A stretch of DNA of 50,659 nt from an uncultured Nitrosopumilales archaeon. Lineage in GTDB: Archaea > Thermoproteota > Nitrososphaeria > Nitrososphaerales > CAZIZY01. The stretch's first letter is position 1, and every line of letters starts with the position of its first letter. The stretch covers positions 1 through 50,659 of the forward strand of contig CAZIZY010000045.1 in assembly GCA_964544235.1 (NCBI GenBank), in the 5' to 3' direction. Below are positions 19,500 to 28,199 of this stretch, piece after piece. Below the pieces are notes generated by a model. It was not told the DNA's origin. It ran no database searches and saw nothing but the letters and a program-made list of their open reading frames with translations. The position numbers and the translations under genes were made by a program.

Positions 19500-20279
19500 A
19501 TGACTGACTCTAATTGGGGCAAAGAACCGGTACTTTGTTTCACGGCAGATGTTGATTGGGCTTCTGAAGAAGCACTCGAAGAATGCAATCGTCTATTTGA
19601 ATCGTATGGGATTAAAGTAACATATTTTATGACCCATCCAAGCGAGGTTCTGAAAAGATTACATGATAAAAATCAAATCGATGTTGGTATTCACCCGAAC
19701 TTTTTAAAAGACTCGAGCCATGGAGAAGATTACGCCTCAGTTATAGAATATTGTACAACGAAACTTATCAAAACAGAATGTTTTAGATCTCATAGGTACT
19801 ATGATGTCACTGACATAACGCATGGACTTGTAAGTAAAGGATTTAAATTTGATTCAAATGTCTGTACTTTACTTCAATCAAATATTCAACCGTTTAAACA
19901 TGAGTCCGGGCTTGTTAGATTCCCAACATTTTTTGAAGATGGCGCTTATTTAGTCAACAACTTCCCATTAGAAAATAATGTTATACCTAAAATATTTGGT
20001 AAAAATAATTTAATGGTTATCAGTGTTCATCCCATGCTCATGGTAATGAATTCACCAAACATTCAACATGAAAGGAATGTCAAGGATAACTCTTCAAGAT
20101 CTCAATGGAATAAAATGTCTGGCGAAGAATTAAAAAAAGTTAGATTTGATGGGAGAGGAATTCGAGATTACGTGACTGACCTTCTTCAATTTATAGTAGA
20201 TAAAAATTATACTGTAAAGACCTTGGAAGAACTATATAAGGAATATATGAAGAGCGATAATAGTGGCATACCGAAATAA
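19497..20279 (+). CDS. Polysaccharide-deacetylase-fold protein (WbmS-like), function unknown
   Basis: 260 aa. FTADVDW...GI.VTYFMTH....GIHPNF....RSHRYY pattern resembles the deacetylase-like proteins that accompany carbamoyltransferases in glycan loci (family call from memory). G+C is higher than in neighbouring genes. Confidence 0.55.
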   Translation: MMTDSNWGKEPVLCFTADVDWASEEALEECNRLFESYGIKVTYFMTHPSEVLKRLHDKNQIDVGIHPNFLKDSSHGEDYASVIEYCTTKLIKTECFRSHRYYDVTDITHGLVSKGFKFDSNVCTLLQSNIQPFKHESGLVRFPTFFEDGAYLVNNFPLENNVIPKIFGKNNLMVISVHPMLMVMNSPNIQHERNVKDNSSRSQWNKMSGEELKKVRFDGRGIRDYVTDLLQFIVDKNYTVKTLEELYKEYMKSDNSGIPK

Positions 20280-22059
20280 TAAAAAAAAACCAACGGTCTT
20301 GGGATTACTATTTGAAGGGTCTGACCCATCAGCAGCTCTGATTATGGAAGGAAAAATTATTGCTGTTGTTGAAGAAGAAAGAATGCTCAGAGAAAAGCAT
20401 GCATCTTGGAAGTTTCCGATTAAATCTGTTAATTACTGTCTAGAAACAGCTGATATAACCCTAAAAGATGTTGATTTTATTGCAATTGGATGGGAGGCTA
20501 ATAAGTTTCCTAGTTATATGAGAAAATTCTATGCTGAAACAGAAGAAAAGTACTCAGATTTTTTTTCTGCAAGAGCACGAGACTGGCAGGCCAAAAACCT
20601 TTACAGATATACAAAGGAGAGTCTCACAAAACAACTAAAAGAAAATATATTAAACATTTGTCCCAAAAAAGACTGGCCCAAAATAGTATTTATTAATCAC
20701 CACCTGGCACATGCGTGTTCTGCCATTATGATGTCAGGTTTTGATGATGCGTTGATTATTACTGCTGATGGACACGGTGAAGATGATGCCACAAATATTT
20801 GGATTGGAGAAAGTGATGAAATTAAGCATGTAAAACAATGGCAACTACCACATTCACTAGGTTGGTTTTATACTAAATTCACTCAATTCTTGGGTTTCCG
20901 AGCACATGATGGTGAGGGGAAACTAATGGGTCTTGCCGCTTATGGTAAGAAGGATCCAGACTTATTTGAAAAAGTCGATAAAATAATTGCTTTTACAGGT
21001 GAAGACGACATCTATAAGATAAGTGCCAAATTTTTCTATGGTGATTATGAAAAAGAAAACTATACAAAGGAATGGCTTGAAATATTTGGAGAACCACTGC
21101 CTTTCGAAATGAGAACTGAATACAGCGATTATCATAAAAATTTAGCATATGCAGTTCAGAAAAAACTGGAAGATATAATGCTTAATATCGTAGATCACGC
21201 AATCGAACTCACAGGAAAGCAGAATATTTGTGTTGCGGGCGGAACTTTCATGAATTGTAAAATGAATGGTGAAATCGCAAAAAAATATGGCTACGATAAA
21301 TTATTTGTTCAGCCGATTGCGGGTGATAATGGAATTTCCCTTGGTTCAGCACTAGCAGTTTATTTGAATGAAAAAGCTGGCTGGAAGAGAGAGCGATTAA
21401 ACAATATATATTTCGGGCCAGAATATGACCAAAAAGAAATTACTTCTGCTTTGAAAAAAGCTGGATTAACATACATAAAATCCAAAAATGTCGAAAAAGA
21501 TACTGCAAAATACGTGGCTGATTCAAAAATTGTCGGATGGTATCAAGGTAAGATGGAAGTAGGTGCAAGAGCTTTGGGGAATAGAAGCATTATAGCAAAT
21601 CCACTTGATCCGAAAACTAGTAACATAGTAAATATGAAAGTAAAATTTAGGGAAACATGGAGGCCATTCTGTCCGTCAACAATGATAGAAGATGGACAAA
21701 AATATTTCGATTACAATTTTGAGCTTCCATTCATGGTTGTGGCATGTGAGGCAAGAGCAGGATTCAAAACAATTCTTCCTTCAGCTATTCACGTCGATAA
21801 TACTGTAAGAGTCCAAACCGTAAGTAAAGAAACAAACCCTAAATTTCATAATTTAATTCGTGAATTTAAAGAAATTACAGGATACGGTGTGGTTATTAAT
21901 ACTTCCTTTAATCTAAAAGGTGAACCAATAGTTAATACCCCAGAAAATGCAATCGACACATTCCTAAACTCCGGTATGGACGTACTTGTGATTGGAGATT
22001 ATATAATTGATGAAAAGGCTAAACCCGTTCAAGGTAATGAAAGTAATGCCAGTGATTAA
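20263..22059 (+). CDS. Carbamoyltransferase, NodU/CmcH/TobZ family (Kae1-like + YrdC-like domains)
   Basis: 598 aa. INHHLAHACSA, GEGK.MGLA.YG, GARALGNRSI and INTSFNLKGEPIV motifs. Overlaps the upstream gene by 17 nt. Confidence 0.9.
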   Translation: MAYRNNKKKPTVLGLLFEGSDPSAALIMEGKIIAVVEEERMLREKHASWKFPIKSVNYCLETADITLKDVDFIAIGWEANKFPSYMRKFYAETEEKYSDFFSARARDWQAKNLYRYTKESLTKQLKENILNICPKKDWPKIVFINHHLAHACSAIMMSGFDDALIITADGHGEDDATNIWIGESDEIKHVKQWQLPHSLGWFYTKFTQFLGFRAHDGEGKLMGLAAYGKKDPDLFEKVDKIIAFTGEDDIYKISAKFFYGDYEKENYTKEWLEIFGEPLPFEMRTEYSDYHKNLAYAVQKKLEDIMLNIVDHAIELTGKQNICVAGGTFMNCKMNGEIAKKYGYDKLFVQPIAGDNGISLGSALAVYLNEKAGWKRERLNNIYFGPEYDQKEITSALKKAGLTYIKSKNVEKDTAKYVADSKIVGWYQGKMEVGARALGNRSIIANPLDPKTSNIVNMKVKFRETWRPFCPSTMIEDGQKYFDYNFELPFMVVACEARAGFKTILPSAIHVDNTVRVQTVSKETNPKFHNLIREFKEITGYGVVINTSFNLKGEPIVNTPENAIDTFLNSGMDVLVIGDYIIDEKAKPVQGNESNASD

Positions 22060-22164
22060 CTATTAAATAACGGTGCCTTACAGCACCTCTTCCGACAATT
22101 AGTATGTGAGATTTATGACAAGATTATATACTCTTCTTGGCTTTCATTGAAACCGCATCAAACC

Positions 22165-22172
22165 TTATATAA
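22165..22172 (+). promoter_or_regulatory. Candidate TATA box for tuf
   Basis: TTATATAA lies 33-40 nt upstream of the tuf ATG, which implies a very short 5' UTR. It lies just upstream of the right repeat copy. Confidence 0.3.
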
Positions 22173-22177
22173 CAACT

Positions 22178-22207
22178 ATATGCAAGAGTTTTTAGTGTAA
22201 ATAAATG
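22178..22207 (+). repeat. Right copy of imperfect direct repeat (tuf leader + ATG)
   Basis: ATATGCAAGAGTTTTTAGTGTAAATAAATG; see 19471-19499. Confidence 0.8.
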
Positions 22208-23524
22208 GCAGATAAGCCCCACATGAATTTAGTAGTTACCGGTCACGTAGACCATGGGAAATCTACAGCTATGGGACATTTTCTATATGACCTTGGCGTT
22301 GTAGAGGAAAGAATAATTAAACAATATGCTGAAGAATCTGAAAAGATTGGTGCTGGTGACACTTTCAAGTATGCTTGGGTTATGGATAGTCTTAAAGACG
22401 AACGTGAAAGAGGAGTAACTATAGATATAGCTTTTCAAAAATTTGAAACTCCTAAATTTAACTATACCCTCATTGATGCTCCTGGCCACAGAGACTTTAT
22501 CAAAAATATGATTACTGGTGCTAGTGAAGCAGACGCAGCAATACTTGTTATTTCATCCAAACCTGGTGAATTTGATGTCGGAATTTCTTCTGGCGGTCAA
22601 GCTAGAGAACATGCTTTTCTTTTAAGAACTTTAGGAGTAAAGCAGATAATTGGATTACTTAGTAAATTCGATGATCCTCTTGTAAATTATTCTGAAGAAA
22701 GGTATGAAATTTGTAAAGCTGAAATGGAAAAACTAATGAAACAAGTAGGATATGACACTTCACAAGTTAATATCGTTCCTGCTTCCGGTTGGATTGGTGA
22801 TAATTTAGCTAAAAAATCAGATAAAACTCCTTGGTATAAAGGTCCAACAATATTGGAAGCCTTAGATTCTCTTAAGGAAGAAGAAAAACCGATTGGTAAA
22901 CCTCTTCGATTACCAGTTCAAGATGTTTATACTATTACCGGTGTAGGTACTGTTCCAGTTGGACGTGTAGAAACTGGTAAAATGAAGGTGGCAGATCAAG
23001 TGATAGCTATGCCTTCTAATGTAAAGGCTGAAGTTAAAACAATTGAAACTCATCATTCTGAAATACCATCTTGTCAAGCTGGCGATAACATCGGATTTAA
23101 TCTTAGAGGATTAGCAAAAGGAGATTTGAGACGTGGTGATGTAATCGGTTCTATTGATGAACCTCCAACGGTTGCGAAAGAATTTATAGCTCAAATAATC
23201 GTTGTTCATCATCCAACAGCTATAGCTGCTGGTTATACTCCTGTTTTACATGCTCATACTACCCAAGTTGCAGCTACTTTAATTGAATTAGTATCAGCAA
23301 TTGATCCAAGGACAGGTCAAACTACGCAAGAACAACCTAAATCTTTGAAAACTGGTGATTCTGCACTTGTAAAGATTCAGCCTCTTAGACCATTATGTAT
23401 TGAAGCATTCCAAGAATACCCCGAATTAGGCCGATTTGCTCTTAGAGATATGGGAACTACTATCGCTGCTGGTGTAGTTAAAGAAATAACTGCTAATTGG
23501 GAATTAGATAAAGCAAAAGAATGA
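22205..23524 (+). CDS. tuf: Translation elongation factor 1-alpha
   Basis: 439 aa. G1 GHVDHGKST, G3 DAPGHRDF, and domain II/III stretches (VYTITGVGTVPVGRVETG, RFALRDMG.TIAAG). The G4 motif reads SKFD rather than NKxD. Confidence 0.97.
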   Translation: MADKPHMNLVVTGHVDHGKSTAMGHFLYDLGVVEERIIKQYAEESEKIGAGDTFKYAWVMDSLKDERERGVTIDIAFQKFETPKFNYTLIDAPGHRDFIKNMITGASEADAAILVISSKPGEFDVGISSGGQAREHAFLLRTLGVKQIIGLLSKFDDPLVNYSEERYEICKAEMEKLMKQVGYDTSQVNIVPASGWIGDNLAKKSDKTPWYKGPTILEALDSLKEEEKPIGKPLRLPVQDVYTITGVGTVPVGRVETGKMKVADQVIAMPSNVKAEVKTIETHHSEIPSCQAGDNIGFNLRGLAKGDLRRGDVIGSIDEPPTVAKEFIAQIIVVHHPTAIAAGYTPVLHAHTTQVAATLIELVSAIDPRTGQTTQEQPKSLKTGDSALVKIQPLRPLCIEAFQEYPELGRFALRDMGTTIAAGVVKEITANWELDKAKE

Positions 23525-23547
23525 TAATTCCGAAGGAACCAATAAAC

Positions 23548-24297
23548 TCATTCATCTCTTCCAAATATTCTTGAGAATATAGCTTCTAATTCAACTAAGC
23601 CTTGTTGAGTTATGGCTGAATAAGGTATTATTTCCTTAGCGGAGCCACTTTTAGTAAGATTCTGTAGTATTCCTTTACTTAGTAAGTATTCCATTGATGA
23701 TGTTTTCTCTTTATTAAGCGCTTCCTCTAAAATTGAAGCATTTGAAGACCATGAAATAATTTCTTTCCATTTAGATTCTATTAGATCACATTTTGTTAGT
23801 ACTGGAATCTGAGTTATTCCTAATCGAAGTTGTAATGAAGAGGATAAAAGTGATATTGATAAAAAATTAGATGGAGAAGATAATATTGCGCCATCAAATA
23901 AAAAAATAGATGCCCTTTCATCAAATTTAATATTATTTACTACATATGGACCACTATTTCTATAAACAAATTGTTCAATTTGACCTGGAGTATCAATTAT
24001 AACGTATTCTGGACTATGTTCTTCTATATCTGGAATAATTGATTCTAGATTAGTAGCTATAAGATCACAAGCTAAAATTAATGCTCCATTTGGACCAAGT
24101 TTGTATGTGTCCATTATATCTGTTAAACTAATACGATCCCGTATGTCAACATCAGCAACATAAGGAAGTTCTGACACTCCTGGATCTAAATTAACTGATA
24201 TGCAATTAATCCCATTATTTTTGTACCATTCTGTTAATGTCGCTGTAAGTAATGATTTTCCAGATCCAGCTGTCCCTATCATAAAGACTCCATTCAT
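23548..24297 (-). CDS. GPN-loop GTPase
   Basis: 249 aa. P-loop GTAGSGKS, the GPNGA motif and DTPGQIE. Confidence 0.85.
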   Translation of the reverse strand: MNGVFMIGTAGSGKSLLTATLTEWYKNNGINCISVNLDPGVSELPYVADVDIRDRISLTDIMDTYKLGPNGALILACDLIATNLESIIPDIEEHSPEYVIIDTPGQIEQFVYRNSGPYVVNNIKFDERASIFLFDGAILSSPSNFLSISLLSSSLQLRLGITQIPVLTKCDLIESKWKEIISWSSNASILEEALNKEKTSSMEYLLSKGILQNLTKSGSAKEIIPYSAITQQGLVELEAIFSRIFGRDE

Positions 24298-24337
24298 GAT
24301 TAGTTGTTCTTACTTTATCTAATTTAATCCTTTATTG

Positions 24338-24754
24338 TTAATGATTACTTCTTGGAGCAATCCATTCAATAAATTCTTCTAACTTCACTGATGAAAAACT
24401 GATCTTTATAGGTCCTAGTGGTGAATCATCATATTCTTCACATAAAACAACAACTTTTGCAAATGCGGCTTGTTTGTTAAAAAACAACCAACTTGTATTA
24501 TTGCTTTGATTTAAATGAAGAAGTCTTCTAGCAACTCCTAATATCTTTCTTATTCGAAACTGTTGATATATTGAATGCATGATTTGAATATCATCGAAAT
24601 TCAATGCAATCATGTCATTTTTTGTTTCGGTAGAATCTACAGGATGTAATATTAAGTTACTTATAGCATGATTTACTTTTGAAATCCTTTCTGAAGGATT
24701 AACAGGGGCTTCAATTAAAATTTTAATTGGATGTTTAAATTCCTTAACTTTCAA
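24338..24754 (-). CDS. UPF0201-type predicted RNA-binding protein (COG1931-like)
   Basis: 138 aa. Size and tight pairing (11-nt overlap) with the UPF0200-type P-loop kinase match a gene pair I recall as conserved in archaea. Direct motif evidence is weak. Confidence 0.5.
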   Translation of the reverse strand: MKVKEFKHPIKILIEAPVNPSERISKVNHAISNLILHPVDSTETKNDMIALNFDDIQIMHSIYQQFRIRKILGVARRLLHLNQSNNTSWLFFNKQAAFAKVVVLCEEYDDSPLGPIKISFSSVKLEEFIEWIAPRSNH

Positions 24755-25316
24755 TTCCTTTTTTCCATCGCTCTAAAATTTTTTTTCCTAATTCTTTTAA
24801 TTTATTTATTTCTATTTGATTGTTAACAATTGTTTCATCAGCTAAAGCAATAGATTCACCAATTCCTACACCTAACTCGACGTTATCACGTTTATTAAAA
24901 CCACTTTCATCTTTAGGTGTGTCACTTCTTCCACGTTTAGTTTGAAAATTAACTCTAACTTGTTTCGAAGCATGTATAGAAAGAATCTTAACTTGACCTA
25001 GATTCTGAAACACATTTACTTCATTCATGCTTCGTATACCATCAATAACAATAAGTTTTGATTGTGATTTAATAATACGCTTTGAAGCCATTTCTGCCAT
25101 AATTCCTTCTCCGTGATTTTTTCTTAATTTAATCATAAGTTCTCGTAAATTGGATGCGGTTGGCTCAATATTTTCATTTAATGCAGTCTCTCTTACAAAA
25201 TCACCCAAATTAACTATCATAAATCCTAAATCTTTTGCTATTGATGCAACAGTTGATTTCCCAGCACCAGGCATCCCAGTTATACAAACAATTAATTTAT
25301 TAGTAATTTTATTCAT
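24744..25316 (-). CDS. P-loop nucleotide kinase, dephospho-CoA-kinase-like (UPF0200 type)
   Basis: 190 aa. Walker A ITGMPGAGKST and a small kinase fold with a LID-like RGRSD segment. Confidence 0.65.
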   Translation of the reverse strand: MNKITNKLIVCITGMPGAGKSTVASIAKDLGFMIVNLGDFVRETALNENIEPTASNLRELMIKLRKNHGEGIMAEMASKRIIKSQSKLIVIDGIRSMNEVNVFQNLGQVKILSIHASKQVRVNFQTKRGRSDTPKDESGFNKRDNVELGVGIGESIALADETIVNNQIEINKLKELGKKILERWKKGIES

Positions 25317-25398
25317 CCACCGTCACGATATATTATATTCTATAATGTTTTCTTTCGATCACGATATTTAAAAATACTTCAAACACAAAACTCTTTTT

Positions 25399-25971
25399 GT
25401 GAGATCTTTTATTGCGATTGATATAAAAAATGAAGAATTACTTACCAACTTTAGAAAACTCCAATCAATTTTCTCTTCGTTAAAACCAGATATTAAACTT
25501 ATATCACCAAACAATTTACATCTAACTTTATCATTTTTAGGTGAAATTACTCTTGACGAATCTAAAAAAATATCTTCAAAGCTTAATGATATTAAATTCA
25601 ATAAAATAAATGTGGTTTATAATGATCTAGGTGTGTTTCCTAGTCGAAATAATATACATGTGATATGGATAGGATTTACTCCTGATTCTGAATCTCATTT
25701 GAAAAATTTATCTAAAGTAATTGATGAAAAACTTTCTTGTATTGAAATTTATGAAAATAAACCGTTTCATCCACATATTACTATTGCTAGAATAAAAAAT
25801 AACAAAAATATTGACAAACTATTAAATTCTATTGATTCTATGAAAAATCAATATTTTGGTTCTGAAATCTTTGATAATATTACACTTAAAAGCAGTACTC
25901 TTACACCTGATGGTCCAATTTATCGAGATTTGTTTACTAAGTCTTTATCGGGAGATATATTAAATGAATGA
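25399..25971 (+). CDS. thpR: RNA 2',3'-cyclic phosphodiesterase (2H family, LigT/ThpR)
   Basis: 190 aa. Two HxT/Sx motifs (HLTLSF and HITIAR) at the canonical spacing. GTG start. Confidence 0.85.
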   Translation: MRSFIAIDIKNEELLTNFRKLQSIFSSLKPDIKLISPNNLHLTLSFLGEITLDESKKISSKLNDIKFNKINVVYNDLGVFPSRNNIHVIWIGFTPDSESHLKNLSKVIDEKLSCIEIYENKPFHPHITIARIKNNKNIDKLLNSIDSMKNQYFGSEIFDNITLKSSTLTPDGPIYRDLFTKSLSGDILNE

Positions 25972-27355
25972 ATCTATTGATTCAGTTCTTAATGAAGTTG
26001 GAAGAATAATTTCTCCTACTTTGAGTGAAGAACAAAAAATTAACACGATTTCTCAATCCATTTTTAATAAAGTTGAAAAATATTGTAATTCTAATAACGT
26101 TAATGCAGTTCCTATAATTGGTGGTTCAGTTGCTAAAGGGACTTGGTTAAAATCTAATGTTGATATTGATATCTTTGTTAGATTTTCTAATGATCTTGAT
26201 GACTCTGTTCTACAAGATGAAGGTATAAAAATTGGGCTAAATTCGCTTAAAGGTAATGAAACTCGATTACGTTATTCTGATCATCCTTACGTAGAAGGTT
26301 TTTATGATAATTTTCGAGTTAATATTGTTCCATGTTTTGATACTCCTGTAGGAAAATGGCGTTCAGCTGCCGATAGATCACCTTACCATACTGACTTTAT
26401 TCAAAATAATTATAATTCTCATCTTCAAAAAGAAGCCCGATTATTCAAACAATTTTTAAAAGGTCTTAATATATATGGTGCGGAATTAAAAATTCAAGGA
26501 TTTAGTGGATATGCCTCTGAACTTTTAATTCTAAAATATGGCTCTTTTAAAAATTTGATTAAAAATGCATCTAATTTTAAAGAAAAAGAAATAATCAAAT
26601 TTACTGATGTTGATACTCATAAGACTAAATTTAATGAAAGTCCTTTAATTATTATTGATCCAGTTGATATTAATCGAAACTTAGGATCTGCAATATCTTT
26701 AGAGAATGTATCTACTTTTGTTCTTTCATCAAGAAATTTTCTTCAAAATCCAACGAAAAACTTCTTTTGGCCTTCTCCTCAATCTGTTTCTCAATTAAAT
26801 TCTTCCTTAATTTCTAATGTTGTTGTTGTAATTTTTGATATTAAACAACGAAGTCCAGATATACTTTGGGGTCAACTTAGACATAGTATTGAAAGTCTTA
26901 AAAAACAAATTAATCTGAAAGACTTCAATGTTATTAACTGTAAATCAGCTAGTGATGATGTTAATAAGTGCGCTTTTCTATTTCTTGTAGACGAATTAGT
27001 TATTCCTTCACATAAAATTAGAGTTGGACCTTATTATTACCTGCATCAAGAATGTGAAAAGTTTATTCAAGCAAATATTGATAAAGCAACAATGTTTTGG
27101 TTTGGTGATGATGGTAAACTCTATTCTATTATGGCTAGAAATGAATTTAGTTTTACTAAAACAATTTCTAATTATTTACATTTTCAAATAAATAATATTG
27201 GTATTTCTCCTGGACTCATTGACGATATTTCAAATGGATTTCAAATATTTGTTGGTAAAGAGTGTTTACAACCGGCATCAAAATATACTTGGGTGCTTTC
27301 TGAATTAGTGAATCTTATTGGCTCTGAAAAATTCTTGTTACGTGAACGTAAGTGA
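25964..27355 (+). CDS. cca: CCA-adding tRNA nucleotidyltransferase (archaeal class I)
   Basis: 463 aa. GGSVAKGTWL....DIDIFV nucleotidyltransferase motif and archaeal CCA body/tail domains. 8-nt overlap with thpR. Confidence 0.92.
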   Translation: MNESIDSVLNEVGRIISPTLSEEQKINTISQSIFNKVEKYCNSNNVNAVPIIGGSVAKGTWLKSNVDIDIFVRFSNDLDDSVLQDEGIKIGLNSLKGNETRLRYSDHPYVEGFYDNFRVNIVPCFDTPVGKWRSAADRSPYHTDFIQNNYNSHLQKEARLFKQFLKGLNIYGAELKIQGFSGYASELLILKYGSFKNLIKNASNFKEKEIIKFTDVDTHKTKFNESPLIIIDPVDINRNLGSAISLENVSTFVLSSRNFLQNPTKNFFWPSPQSVSQLNSSLISNVVVVIFDIKQRSPDILWGQLRHSIESLKKQINLKDFNVINCKSASDDVNKCAFLFLVDELVIPSHKIRVGPYYYLHQECEKFIQANIDKATMFWFGDDGKLYSIMARNEFSFTKTISNYLHFQINNIGISPGLIDDISNGFQIFVGKECLQPASKYTWVLSELVNLIGSEKFLLRERK

Positions 27356-28088
27356 CCTTTCACAAGAGCCTTATTCACATGTTATAACTTATCCTAAATA
27401 TAATATCAGTGATATTGAAAATAGGATTAAGGAACTAAATCAATTAAAAATTAACACTATAATTTTTGAGGGAAATGTACATTTTGGATCAACCCATGTT
27501 TTAGGTAAAGGATGTGAAAGTGTAGTTGTTAAAGCTAAATTTAATGATCAAATTTTTGCTCTTAAAATTAGACGTACTGATTCTTCTCGTTTTAATTTAA
27601 ATAATGAAGTTGAATATTTACGGTTAGCTAATTCTGTTGGTGTTGGACCAAAATTGAAAAACTATACTGATAACATGATTCTGATGGAGCTTATAACTGA
27701 TATTACTTTATCTACTTGGATTGAAAATTTATCAAGTAATGATTCTGCACTCCATTTAAAAAATAATATTAGGGATTTACTTGTTCAATGTAGAAAACTT
27801 GATAATATTGGATTAGATCATGGTGAGTTAAGTAATCTTTTCAAACATGTTTTTGTTGGCGAAAAAACTTCTATACTTGATTTTGAATCATCAAGCATAT
27901 CCAGAAGAGTTAAAAATGTTTCTTCAGCTATTCAATGGCTTTTTATTGGTGGTCCTTTTTCTCCTAAAATTCGTGATTATCTCAATATATCTAACGTAGA
28001 TGATGTCAAAAATTACACTAAATTATATAAATCTAAAATGAATGATTCCTCTTTTGATAACTTACTAAAATGTATCAAAATTATATAG
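27318..28088 (+). CDS. Predicted Ser/Thr protein kinase (RIO-like, COG2112-type)
   Basis: 256 aa. LGKGCESVVVKA...ALKIRR (Gly-loop and Lys), HGELSN catalytic-loop analogue and ILDFES. The true start may be the GTG at 27339; both overlap the cca 3' end. Confidence 0.6.
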   Translation: MALKNSCYVNVSDLSQEPYSHVITYPKYNISDIENRIKELNQLKINTIIFEGNVHFGSTHVLGKGCESVVVKAKFNDQIFALKIRRTDSSRFNLNNEVEYLRLANSVGVGPKLKNYTDNMILMELITDITLSTWIENLSSNDSALHLKNNIRDLLVQCRKLDNIGLDHGELSNLFKHVFVGEKTSILDFESSSISRRVKNVSSAIQWLFIGGPFSPKIRDYLNISNVDDVKNYTKLYKSKMNDSSFDNLLKCIKII

Positions 28089-28092
28089 CGAA

Positions 28093-28110
28093 TCTATATC
28101 TTTATGTAAA
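28093..28110 (+). promoter_or_regulatory. Candidate TATA region for the tRNA gene
   Basis: CTATATCTTTATGTAAA lies 17-34 nt upstream of the mature tRNA 5' end. The exact box is not resolvable by eye. Confidence 0.3.
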
Positions 28111-28159
28111 TTATTAATAATTTTTAGGGGCCGTCGTCTAGTTTGGTTCAGGATGCCAG

Positions 28160-28176
28160 AGTATTTATACGGTAAA
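28160..28176 (+). other. tRNA intron 1 (17 nt, non-canonical position 30/31)
   Basis: Central 4-bp helix TGCC (28154-28157) pairs with GGTA (28171-28174). It is flanked by 3-nt bulges AGA (28158-28160) and AAC (28175-28177). Inner hairpin GTA/TAC (28161-28163 / 28168-28170). Confidence 0.6.
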
Positions 28177-28183
28177 CTTGGGG

Positions 28184-28199
28184 ATTAATCGAACTGATT
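28184..28199 (+). other. tRNA intron 2 (16 nt, canonical position 37/38)
   Basis: Central helix TTGG (28178-28181) pairs with CTGA (28194-28197): 2 Watson-Crick and 2 G-U pairs. Bulges GGA (28182-28184) and TTT (28198-28200). Inner TT/AA helix with a 5-nt loop. Confidence 0.6.

Noticed and set aside
22072-22087. Hairpin GGTGC-CTTACA-GCACC after the carbamoyltransferase stop as a transcription terminator.
   Set aside because: Only a 5-bp stem with no following oligo-T tract, whereas archaeal termination relies mainly on T-runs. Noted as part of the cassette description but not called as a feature.
25323-25367. Exact 9-nt direct repeat TCACGATAT (25323-25331 and 25359-25367) in the divergent spacer between the UPF0200-like kinase and thpR, as a possible operator pair.
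   Set aside because: A rough estimate suggests tens of such 9-mer recurrences within 40 nt are expected by chance in 50 kb of DNA with this composition. No dyad symmetry. Not significant on its own.
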